This document shows positions 9,425 through 19,196 of a DNA stretch of 29,262 nucleotides, one piece after another. Location of the stretch: contig CAVTQK010000011.1 of NCBI GenBank assembly GCA_963736855.1, positions 1-29,262 of the forward strand, read 5' to 3'. Below the pieces are notes generated by a model. That model ran no database searches, had not been told where the DNA came from, and saw only the letters and a program-made list of their open reading frames with translations. How positions within the stretch are numbered: the stretch's first letter is position 1; each line of letters begins with the position of its first letter. Both the position numbers and the translations under genes were made by a program. The DNA is from an uncultured delta proteobacterium. GTDB lineage: Bacteria > Desulfobacterota > Desulfobacteria > Desulfobacterales > UBA2156.

Positions 9425-11098
9425 GTGAAAACGATTCAAAGCGGTCTTGACACCTCTTCATCTCAAGGAGAGAGAAAATGGACATTCGAGGAAATCAGCT
9501 CAGAGGTAGAGCGTTTTCACGGATATGCCGCGCCGGGTGTTCTGCTTGGCTGTTATATGGTCGAAGGCGCAAAGAGTCGCCTCCTTGAAGGCACTCTATA
9601 CGATGCGATTTGTGAAACCGGATGGTGCCTTCCGGATGCAGTGCAAATCCTGACGCCCTGCACCATCGGAAACGGCTGGATGCGAATTATTCATTTGGGC
9701 CTTTATGCCGTCAGCCTTTACGACAAATACACCGGCCGAGGGTTTCGCGCATATCTCGATCCGATGAAACTGGAACAGTGGCCGGATGTTGCCGATTGGT
9801 ATCTCAAAAGGAAACCCAAGCATGAACAGCAAGGGAATCGGATAAGGGAACAGATCGCAGAATTCGGTCCCCAGATATATCAGATGGAAGCGATAACGGT
9901 CCGATCCGACTTTCTCATCAAGCGAAGCAAGGGTCTCTTGCAGGTTTGCCCTCTCTGCGGGGAAGCCTACCCCGCTCAAAATGGAAATATCTGCCGGAGC
10001 TGCCAGGGCAATTCACCCTATGAAGAGAGCCGCCCCAACCATCGTAAAGATATTCTTGAATCGCCTCTGAAAGCGGTCGCGCTGGATTCTGCCGTCGGCA
10101 AAAAACTGATGCACGATCTGACTCAAATCATTCCGTCAAAATTCAAAGGCCCCGCTTTCAAGCGCGGACAAACCATCACCCCGGGAGATGTCTGTCGTCT
10201 GCAGCAAATGGGTCGAAATCATCTTTATGTGGAAACCGCTTCCGGAAACATGGCGGATATGATTCATGAAGACCCAGGCTGCCGAAGCATTCGCCCAGGC
10301 CATGGCCGGCAGCGGGACTCATGCTGAAAACAAGTCCCATGAGGGAAAGGTGAATATTTTGGCCGCTATTGATGGAATGTTGGTGGTTGAAAAAGAACGA
10401 CTCGAACGGTTTAATCTCTTTCCCGATATCATGGCCGCGAGTCGAAAAAGCTACAGCCTCGTCAAGAAAAATTCCATCATTGCCGGAACTCGGGCCATCC
10501 CTTTGTTCATCTCCGCCGATTGTTTTCAGTCAGCCCTGGCGTTCCTTCAGGAAAGTCCTCTTTTCCAAGTCAAACCCATCACTCCTGTCAAAGTCGGTAT
10601 CCTGATCACCGGCACCGAAGTTTTTAAAGGCCTGATTCAGGATCGATTCGAAGACATCATTGGCGAAAAGGTTCGTCGATATGGATGTGAAGTCGTCAAA
10701 GCCAAAATTGTTCCGGACGATCGATTCGCCATTGCAGAGGCCGTTAAAGAATTATGCGACCTCGGCACCAAGTTGATTGTGACCACCGCAGGGCTTTCCG
10801 TAGATCCGGACGACGTGACCTTAAAAGGTCTGCAGGATGCAGGTAGTAGTGGATATGCTTTATGGCATTCCTGTTTTACCGGGCTCCATGACGCTGATCG
10901 CCCGTATGGGAGACATCACGAATTATCGGGGTTCCCGCCTGTGCGCTTTATTTTAAAACGACAAGTTTCGATTTACTGCTCCCACGGATTCTGGCCGGCA
11001 TTCGGATAACTCGAGCGGACCTGGCCCATATGGCCCATGGCGGTTTGTGCCTCAATTGTCATGAGTGCAGTTTCCCTAAATGCACTTTTGGAAAATAA
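9425..11098 (+). CDS. FmdE-family protein fused to a zinc finger and a molybdopterin-binding (MoeA/MogA-like) domain (frameshifts near 10275, 10845, 10920)
   Basis: FHGYAAPGVLLG...CETGWCLPDAVQILTPCTIGNG (FmdE); CPLCGE...CRSCQG finger; HDLTQIIP..FKGPAFKRG; ILITGTEVFKGLIQDRF, TTAGLSVDPDDVT (MoCF biosynthesis domain); ends GGLCLNCHECSFPKCTFGK*, TAA 11096-11098; GTG start with SD AAGGAG. Confidence 0.82.
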
Positions 11099-11550
11099 TC
11101 CCGTCGCTGTCGATATGGAAACACCAGAATATCGCAACGATCATCAATCTTTCCTCCAATTGCAGGGATCGCCCCGTTCTGAGAATGCACCTGTGGCTGG
11201 AAACCGAACAGGGAATCGTTTTCGGTCTGGGTCGCCTGAAGCTTCTGGAATATATTCGGTCGGGGCATTCCCTGAAAGTCGCGGCAAAGCATTTAGGGAT
11301 GTCTTATCGGGCAGCCTGGGGAAAAATCAAAAAAACTGAAAAAGTGCTTGGTATTCCCCTCCTTGAAAAAAAACACGGTAATCGAACCGGTTATCAATTG
11401 ACCCGACAGGGAAATCTTTTAATGACCCATTTCAGCCTTTGGTTCAAGGACGTTGAAGCGTATGCCCTCCATCGGGCAAATGAGTTATTGCTCTGCAATC
11501 CTAAAAAATTTGAAGATAAACAGACCGATTTGCCCGACGATTCCTCCTAA
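11080..11550 (+). CDS. ModE-like winged-helix transcriptional regulator without TOBE domains (start uncertain: 11080, 11115 with frameshift, or 11185)
   Basis: LRMHLWLE...FGLGRLKLLEYI..GHSLKVAAKHLGMSYRAAWGKIKKTEKVLG..LL...G...GYQLT..G, the ModE N-terminal HTH signature. Confidence 0.88.
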   Translation: MHFWKIIPSLSIWKHQNIATIINLSSNCRDRPVLRMHLWLETEQGIVFGLGRLKLLEYIRSGHSLKVAAKHLGMSYRAAWGKIKKTEKVLGIPLLEKKHGNRTGYQLTRQGNLLMTHFSLWFKDVEAYALHRANELLLCNPKKFEDKQTDLPDDSS

Positions 11551-11583
11551 AATCCCCCTCGCTGATCCTTTTCTGCATGATTG

Positions 11584-11603
11584 TTGTGTTATTTTTAACA
11601 TAT
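11584..11603. promoter_or_regulatory. Candidate ModE-family operator upstream of fdhA
   Basis: TTGTGTT-attttt-AACATAT: same 7-N6-7 spacing and similar half-sites to 9164 and 17176, in an AT-rich intergenic region. Confidence 0.5.
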
Positions 11604-11723
11604 TAATATAATTGCTAATTTTCACTTTTTCACTTGATTTTATCATCGAACTATATCAAAAATGATCATTAACTTTTTCTATCGTTTCATCTTTTTAAAC
11701 CCTATTGATGAAAGGAGGTTGTC

Positions 11724-14700
11724 ATGACGTGCACTCGGCGGAACTTTTTAAAAGTGAGCGGGGCAGGCGTGGTCGGCCTGTCTTTGCTCCAGTTGGGTAT
11801 CGACATCAAACCAGTGAGAGCTTACTCCGCCAGCCTCAAAATTGAGGGCGCCAAGGAAGTGTTCAGCATCTGTCCGTTTTGTTCGGTGAGCTGCCACATT
11901 ATCGCCCATGTCAAGGACGGCAAGCTGGTCAGCACCGAGGGAGATCCGGATTATCCCATCAACCAGGGAGCTCTCTGCGCCAAGGGTGCGTCCATGCTGT
12001 CGATGACCCGCAACGAGCAGCGCCTGCAAAAGCCGCTGTACCGGGCACCAGGCAGCGCCAAGTGGGAGGTAAAGACTGGGAATGGACCTTCGAACAGATC
12101 GCATCCCGCGTCAAAAAAGTCCGTGACAAGGACCTGATCCTCAAAGACGACAAAGGCCGGACCGTCAATCGGCTCGAATCGTTGTTTTTCATCGGCACCT
12201 CGCATGCCGACAATGAAGAGTGCGCCGTGGCCGCCCAGATGGCTGCGCGGCCTTGGCATTGTCCATGTCGATCATCAGGCCCGTACCTGACACAGCCCCA
12301 CGGTAGCGGCTCTGGCAGAGTCGTTCGGTCGCGGGGCAATGACGAATCACTGGGTGGATCTGAAAAACGCCGATGCGTTTCTCATCATGGGCAGCAATGC
12401 CGCCGAACACCACCCCATCTCCTTCAAGTGGGTCCTGCAGGCAAAGGAAAAAGGGGCCGTGGTCATCCACGTGGACCCCAAATTTTCCCGTACCTCGGCC
12501 CGTTCCAGTTTCCACGTGCCCCTTGCGTTCGGGCACGGACATCGCCTTTCTGGGCGGGATGATCAAGTATATCATCGAAAAGGAAAAGTACTTCAAGGAT
12601 TACGTCGTCGAGTACACCAACGCCTCCTTCCTCGTGAACAAGGGCTTTGACTTCAAGGACGGCTCGTTCAGCGGATTTGATCCCCAGACCCGCAAGTACG
12701 ACACCAAGACCTGGTCCTTTGAGATGGATGAGGCCGGTGTGCCCAAAAAGGACAAGACCCTTCAGGATCCGCAATGCGTCTTCCAGTTGATGAAAAAACA
12801 TTACTCGCGTTACAGCCTGGAGACTGTGTCAGCCATCACCGGCGTGTCCCAGGAAGATCTGCTTAAGGTCTACGAGGCCTACAGCGTCACCGGTGTTCGG
12901 CTACCAAGGCCGGCACGGTGATGTACGCCTTGGGCTGGACCCAGCACACCGTGGGTGTGCAGAACATCCGTGCCGCCTGTCATGGTCCAGTTGCTGCTGG
13001 GCAACATGGGCATTGCCGGCGGCGGGATCAACGCCCTGCGCGGCGAGCCCAATGTCCAGGGCTCCACCGACCAGGCCCTGCTTTACCATATCCTGCCCGG
13101 TTACATCGGCATGCCCATCGACGACTGGCAGACCATTGCCGATTACAACAAGGCCAACACCCCGGTGACCAAGGATCCCAAAAGCGCCAATTGGTGGCAG
13201 AATAAGCCCAAGTACCTGGCCAGCCTGCTCAAGGGCTGGTTCGGGGACAAGGCCACAGCCGACAACGATTTTTGCTACGGTCTGGTCCCGAAGGCGGCCA
13301 AGGGCGTGGACTACTCGTACATGTACCTTTTTGACCGCATGTACCAGGGCAAGGTCCGCGGGGGCTTTATTTTCGGGCTCAACCCGATGAACACCCTCGC
13401 CAACACCAACAAGGCCAGGGCTGCCATGGACAAGATGGATTGGGTGGTGGTCTCCGAGCTGCACCACACGGAGACCACGGACAACTGGCGCCGGCCCGGG
13501 GTTAATCCTAAAAACATCAAGACCGAGTATTTCTGCCTGCCCTCGGCCCACCGCATCGAAAAAGAGGGCACGGTAAGCAACAGCAGCCGCCTGGTACTCT
13601 GGCACCACAAGGCCATCGAACCCTCGGGCCAGGCCAGGACCTTCGGCTTCATGCTCGTGGGGATCATGAACACGATCCGCGACAAGTACTTCAAAGATGG
13701 CGGCGCGTTGCCCGAAGCCCTCACCTGGCAGGACTGGCCCAAGACTTACGTGGCCGAAGAATGGACCAAGCGGCTCAACGGCTTCTTCCTGGCCGACACC
13801 AAGTTCGGGGATAAGGAATACAAAAAAGGCCAACTCGTGCCCACCTTCGGCGCACTGGCCGCCGATGGCACCACCTCGAGCCTCAACTGGATTTACACGG
13901 GGTGCTTCACCGAAGAAGACGGCAACAAGACCAAGCGCCGGGATCCCAAACAGACCCCGATGCAGGAAAAAATCGGGCTTAATCCCAACTGGGCCTGGTG
14001 CTGGCCGGTCAACCGCCGGATCATCTACAACCGGGCCTCGGTGGATCCCACCGGCAAGCCCTGGAACCCGGACAAGGCCGTGATCGCCTGGCAAGACGGC
14101 AAATGGGTCGGCGATGTACCCGACGGACCCTGGCCTCCCATGGCCGATGAAAAAGGCAAATATCCGTTTATCATGCAGACCCATGGATTCGGGGCCTTTT
14201 TCGGGCCGGGCCGCGTCGACGGCCCCTTCCCCGAGCATTACGAGCCTGTGGAAACACCCGTGACCTCCCATCCGCTTCTCGCCCCAGCTCAGCAGCCCGG
14301 TGTACAAGTTTGTGTCCAGCGATCTGGACAAGCTGGCCAAGCCCGGGGACCCGGCCTATCCCATTGTACTGACCACGTACAACCTCACCGAGCACTGGTG
14401 CGGTGGCGGGGAAACCCGCAATGTACCCAACCTGCTGGAGGCCGAGCCCCAGCTCTACGTGGAAATGAGTACGGAATTGGCAAAGGAAAAGGGAATCAAA
14501 AACGGGGATGGGGTGATCGTGGAAAACGTTCGGGGCAAGGTCGAGGCCATCGCCATGGTCACCGTGCGGATTCGGCCCTTCACCGTCCAGGGCAAGACCG
14601 TTCATCTGATCGGCATGCCGTTTGCCTTCGGTTGGACCACACCCAAGTGCGGGGATTCCACCAACCGGCTCACGCCTTCGGTGGCCGATCCCAACACAAC

Positions 14701-14767
14701 GATTTACGAACTCAAAGCTTGCATGGTCAACATCCGTAAGGCTGCAAAGCTGACCGAGCTGGCTTAA
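11724..14767 (+). CDS. fdhA: Periplasmic selenocysteine formate dehydrogenase alpha subunit (Mo/W-bisPGD, FdnG/FdhA type); Sec UGA at 12288-12290; about 6 apparent frameshifts
   Basis: Tat signal TRRNFLK; CPFCSVSC...LCAKG [4Fe-4S]; DHQART-U-HSPTVAALAESFGRGAMTNHW; MGSNAAEHHP; YALGWTQH; GGGINALRGEPNVQGSTD; WAWCWPVNRRIIYNRAS; GPFPEHYEPVE; C-terminal molybdopterin dinucleotide domain ending AAKLTELA*; SD GGAGG. Confidence 0.95.
12288..12337 (+). other. Selenocysteine UGA codon and bacterial SECIS hairpin
   Basis: In-frame TGA at the catalytic Cys/Sec position; upper stem GCGGCUCU/AGAGUCGU (12306-12324) with small GGC loop; lower stem GCCCC (12295-12299) / GGGGC (12333-12337). Confidence 0.88.
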
Positions 14768-14820
14768 TCGAAAACCCGGCGGCATCATCTCGCTGCCGAT
14801 AATTATAAGGAGCAACTGTC

Positions 14821-15564
14821 ATGCCAAAAAGCTTCTTCATCGACACCTCTCTATGTACCGCTTGTCGCGGCTGCCAAGTCGCATGCAAGGAATGGAACGA
14901 ACTGCCCGCCAATAAGACCAAGCAAACGGGCAGCCATCAAAATCCTCCGGATCTCAATCCGAATAATTACAAGGTGGTCCGTTTCAGTGAACACCTCGAA
15001 AACGGAAAGATCCAGTGGTACTTTTTCCCTGATCAGTGCCGGCACTGCACTCGAACCTCCCTGTGTTGATGTGGGTGGAGGGCTTGTGGAAGGAGCCATC
15101 ATCCATGATCAAAAAACCGGCGCGGTGATCTACACGGAAAAAACTTCAAAGATTTCAAAAAAAGATTTCGAGGAAATCCGTGAATCCTGTCCCTATAATA
15201 TCCCCCGAAGGAATCCTAAAAACGGGCCGCATCAGCAAATGCACCATGTGCTTTGAGCGCGTTTCTAAGGGAATGTTGCCGGCTTGTGTCAAATCCTGTC
15301 CTTCCGGCGCCATGAATTTTGGAGATCGCCAGGACATGCTTGATTTGGCAAAGAAACGTTTGGATCAACTTAAAAAGGAGTATCCAAAAGCCATTTTGGC
15401 CGATGCAGAAAACGTGAATACCATTTATCTATTGATCGATGAACCCAACAAGTATCATGAGTTCAGCGTGGCACAAAAGAGCCCCGAGTATGGATCGAAA
15501 GCAATTTCTGGCCAAGATGTGCGGATTCATGCGAAGACCCGGTTCCACTGCGGCAAGCTTATAA
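14821..15564 (+). CDS. fdhB: Formate dehydrogenase beta (iron-sulfur) subunit (frameshifts near 15050, 15220, 15490)
   Basis: FFIDTSLCTACRGCQVACKEWN, PDQCRHC..PPC, CPYNIPR, KCTMCFERV..GMLPACVKSCPSGAMNFG; reconstructed C-terminus MDRKQFLAKM...AASL*. Confidence 0.92.
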
Positions 15565-15596
15565 CCGGAGCACCTCTTTTTCGTTCTAACCCAAAA

Positions 15597-15627
15597 GCTC
15601 GCCTCTCCTTTCGATGGAGAGGCGAGC
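15597..15627. terminator. Strong hairpin between fdhB and fdhE
   Basis: Perfect 12-bp stem GCTCGCCTCTCC/GGAGAGGCGAGC with 7-nt loop; only a short U-run on the minus strand, none on the plus strand. Confidence 0.5.
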
Positions 15628-15680
15628 AACAATAATTGTATAACGACTTTTCTGCAAAAGCCGATTTCGTGAGGGGTGAC

Positions 15681-16589
15681 ATGGATCAGACAATAGACAC
15701 AACCGTTCGAAAGGTTCTGGAAAAAAGACCGGTACTGGAAGCAATGATGAAATCTTTTGCCGCTTTTTATGTTGAAAAAAATCGGGTGGCCGGATTTTTA
15801 AAACAACGAGCGGATGTGAATTGTCTTGAACATATCGGTTGAGCGTCGTGGCGTCCGGAATCCCTGTTTTAACGGAAATGTCATTCGAAGCATTGGAGCC
15901 TTTTTTTAAGTATGCATTCACATCGTTGCTTCCCACCCTTAAGAAAGCCTTTCCGGCAATGAGCCGGGAGGCTGACCGGATTGAAAAAGCTTTAAGCAAA
16001 AAACCACTGCACCTGAATTTGCTGGCGAAAAACCATCTGGAAGGCAGTTTAAAGGCTCACGGCGAGAACCGATGGATCTAACAATGATATCGAATTTAAA
16101 ACCCTGGAGTTTTTAACCTCTTTCATCCTTCCTGCGGTTCTGGAAGCACTGGAGCCGGCGGTGATGGAAAAGATCCGGGAAATCTCGTGGCATGAAGGGT
16201 ATTGCCCCATCTGCGGTTTTCTGCCCACCGTCAGTTATCTCGACAAAGCTCCGGATCTGTCTTCGGAATTTCTCAGAGGGGGTGGCGGCCAAAAGGTTTT
16301 GCATTGCAGCATGTGCGGTCACGAATGGCGTATTTTACGAAACCTTTGCCCGGCATGCGGAAACGATCAGAGAGACATGCTCCTTTACTTTCAGGTTGAG
16401 CATGACCGGGAGGAGCGAGTCGATGTTTGCCGCAAGTGCGGGCTTTATTTGCCGTGCATCGATCTCAGGGAAAAAGATTATAAACCACACATGGATATGG
16501 CTGCCGTTGGTATGGTTTATTTAGATGTATTTGCCCAGCAGAATGGTTTCAGCCCGATGGTCTGGACACCCTGGAACAGGCTGAATTGA
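15681..16589 (+). CDS. fdhE: Formate dehydrogenase accessory protein FdhE (frameshifts near 15835 and 16060)
   Basis: Joined ORFs; C-terminal WHEGYCPICG, LHCSMCGHEW...CPACGN, RVDVCRKCGLYL and LDVFAQQNGF motifs; SD GAGG before ATG 15681. Confidence 0.88.
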
Positions 16590-16659
16590 ATGGCTTCTCC
16601 TCGAGGAGATGGATCCGGAATCAATCTCGTTCACTCTGATCCCGGCTTTCCGAACCGAT

Positions 16660-17010
16660 CTAAGACAGGTGGCCGGACATCAGGGTTGCAAAGGCCTCGT
16701 CCGATTCCGATTTTACAATGGTATGCAGCCTTTTAAAACATTTCATGAGTGATTCTGCAAACGGAGTCAATCGGGATCCGTTGCCCTCTCTGATGACCAA
16801 TGCCTTTCCCATCCGCTGCTCGGATGACCGGATACGCAACCAAACCGCCCGGTAGCTCATTTTCATTTCTTTCGCCGCTTCATTCATCGATCCGAGTCGA
16901 CGGATCGATTCCAAAAGGCGGTACCTCCCGGTGCCAAAAACCACATTTCCTTCCCCATCCTCCACCCAGATTTTGGACCGGATGACAAACGGGGCCTTTT
17001 GTTTTTCCAT
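16660..17010 (-). CDS. Second ModE-like winged-helix regulator without TOBE domains
   Basis: IRSKIWVED..G..VFGTGRYRLLESIRRLGSMNEAAKEMKMSYRAVWLRIRSSEQRMGKALV....GSRLT. Confidence 0.9.
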   Translation of the reverse strand: MEKQKAPFVIRSKIWVEDGEGNVVFGTGRYRLLESIRRLGSMNEAAKEMKMSYRAVWLRIRSSEQRMGKALVIREGNGSRLTPFAESLMKCFKRLHTIVKSESDEAFATLMSGHLS

Positions 17011-17175
17011 GAAATCTTCTCCACCTTTGCATATTCAATCCTTTTTATTGTTTATCACAACTCATTGAAAAAGTCGTGTTTTTCCAACTCAAGAAAACCT
17101 TGCCGACCCATCCGAATCTTTTTATGCCTGCGCCATGAGCTTTTTGACTCTGACAGCGTTAAACAAAAATTTTAA

Positions 17176-17214
17176 TTATATCTTTCTTGACATAACTTTA
17201 TCCCCATGTATAAC
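17176..17214 (+). promoter_or_regulatory. Sigma70 promoter for the Mo-hydroxylase operon with overlapping candidate ModE-family operator
   Basis: TTATATC-tttctt-GACATAA (17176-17195) overlaps TTGACA (17187-17192); 16-nt spacer, then TATAAC (17209-17214). Confidence 0.62.
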
Positions 17215-17438
17215 TGCTTCCCGAAAATCAAGCGAAATAAATATTTAAATTTATATAAATTAAATAGACAGGCTCTATGCACCATTGTCGTATCAAATCC
17301 GCTCATTCAAGGATCGGATGATTGATATCATTTTTGGAATAATCTCGCCTCTCGAAGCTTTACTCAAGGATCATGCGACGCCGAATGGCCTTCATAGCAA
17401 TGTCTATCGCCTACAAAAATAAAATGGAGGTTTAATGA

Positions 17439-18213
17439 ATGGAAATCGGGAGAAGCCATCCATCGATTCGGGATTTTTCAGGTTTTGAATTCCCGATTTT
17501 TCCAAGCGATTTCATCTCTAAGAAAAATCCAATTATTGAGATCAATAATAGGCTGGATAAACTGCAAATCCCTTGGGGGTTAAACGAAAAAACCGTTGAA
17601 AGCATCCTGCGGGACTTGGAAGAGACCGATGTGGTAAACCAGCCGGAGTACTGGCTGCTAATGTCGCGCTTAATCGAGTCGACTCTGATATGTGCCGGTC
17701 ATTATGCCGATCATTGCGAATTTTCCGCTGCAGGAGATCTCTTATTTAATCCGAGAAAGATTCTGATTCATTGCCGGGAACACGACGAACCCATCCTGAA
17801 GAACCGCCATGGTCGTATCTGTGATCAAATGAACGCCCAAGGCGCTCCGCATCGCGCCTTTATCGATTGGTTTCGAAGCCATGCCGAAATTCAAATCGTA
17901 ACCCCTCCTTTGCTCCCCTATTTACTTGAGCATGTGGAGCGATCCGGATACATTTCAACATCCTATCTGGAGCGTCCGAAAACGCTCCAGACAAGTCACC
18001 ATTACCATCGGATTTCTATGCGCATGGTCTCTTTATACCATGGAAGAGCTGTATCATCGCATTCAAAAGGCAACACCGGAAACCCGGAAGATGATCACAG
18101 ACCATATGTGTCTTTTCGACAAACATCTTTTCGATCGAATCGGTTGGGAAATAGAAATGATATCAAAGAATCCGAGCCATCTTTCCGAGTTCTTGGTCGA
18201 ACGAACCGTCTGA
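17439..18213 (+). CDS. Hypothetical protein, ~258 aa (frameshift near 17975)
   Basis: SD GGAGG upstream; ORFs 17439..18224 and 17926..18213 join into a plausible soluble protein; no family motif recognised; first gene of the operon. Confidence 0.6.
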
Positions 18214-18265
18214 CCACTTTTTAGTTTTTCGATAAGAGGATGAAGGATCCGAAAGGAGAGGATTG

Positions 18266-19196
18266 ATGTTGTTACCCAAGTTTGATTTTCACGAACCGAC
18301 CACCATTGCCGAGGCTTGCCAGATTCTGGATCGATTCTTGGGCAAGGCCAAACCCATCGCCGGCGGCACTGATCTGATGGTCAACATGAAGAAAAAAATC
18401 ATCTCGCCTGAGCACCTGGTGTCTCTGGCAAGAATCGATGAATTGAAACAATCCGGCCCGATCAACGGGAGTTACCGCATCGGGGCGTGTATGACTGTTT
18501 CAGAAATTGCCGAATCGCCATCCCTTCATCAATCGTTGAGTGCTCTGGTTCAAGGGGCCCGCAATCTGGGCACGCCTTTGATCCGGAACCTGGCAACCAT
18601 CGGGGGAAATCTGGGATCCGCCAGGCCTGCTGCTGACCTGCCGCCCTCTCTCATGGCCTATGGCGCCAGGGTGATATTAGCCCGTTCGGCCGGAAAGAGA
18701 ATGCTCCCCATCGACCGGTTTTTTGTGGGTCCGGGATTGACCGAAATCCAACCGAATGAAATTTTAAGCGAAATCCATCTGGATATCACCACCCAAGGTT
18801 GCGGAGCCGCATATCTCGGTCTGGGGATTCGAAAGGCCCAGGACTGCAATCTGGTCAATGTGGCCTCGTTTTTGCAGCTGGAGCAAGACGCCAAAACTAT
18901 TCAAACGGCCCGCATTGTGATGGGATGTGTCGGACCGACTTTTCTGAGGAGCTACAAGTGCTGAAAACATCCTGATCGGTGAAAAAGCCACTGAGCCTCT
19001 TTTTAAAAAGGCTGCCGAAGCCGCCTGCAGGGACAGCCGCCCGATTGATGACTTCCGGGGATCGGCCGCTTATAAACGCGCCATGGTGGGCGTTCTAAGC
19101 TTCAGAACTTTAAACATGGCCCTGAATCAGGCACAGATCGTTCATAAAGGAGAAATCGTCGATGAAAAAACTCATTCAGCTGACCGTCAACGATAA
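18266..19196 (+). CDS. Xanthine dehydrogenase-family FAD-binding subunit (CoxM/XdhB type; frameshift near 18950; 3' end uncertain)
   Basis: FDFHEPTTIAEA, IAGGTDLMV, IRNLATIGGNL..A.PAAD, EILSEI; after the frameshift SRPIDDFRGSAAYKRAMV. Confidence 0.9.

Noticed and set aside
12901..14340. 479-aa minus-strand ORF, and similar long antisense ORFs over the activase, kdsB, hydroxylase and clpA genes
   Set aside because: Shadow ORFs opposite well-supported GC-rich genes, with no recognisable motifs.
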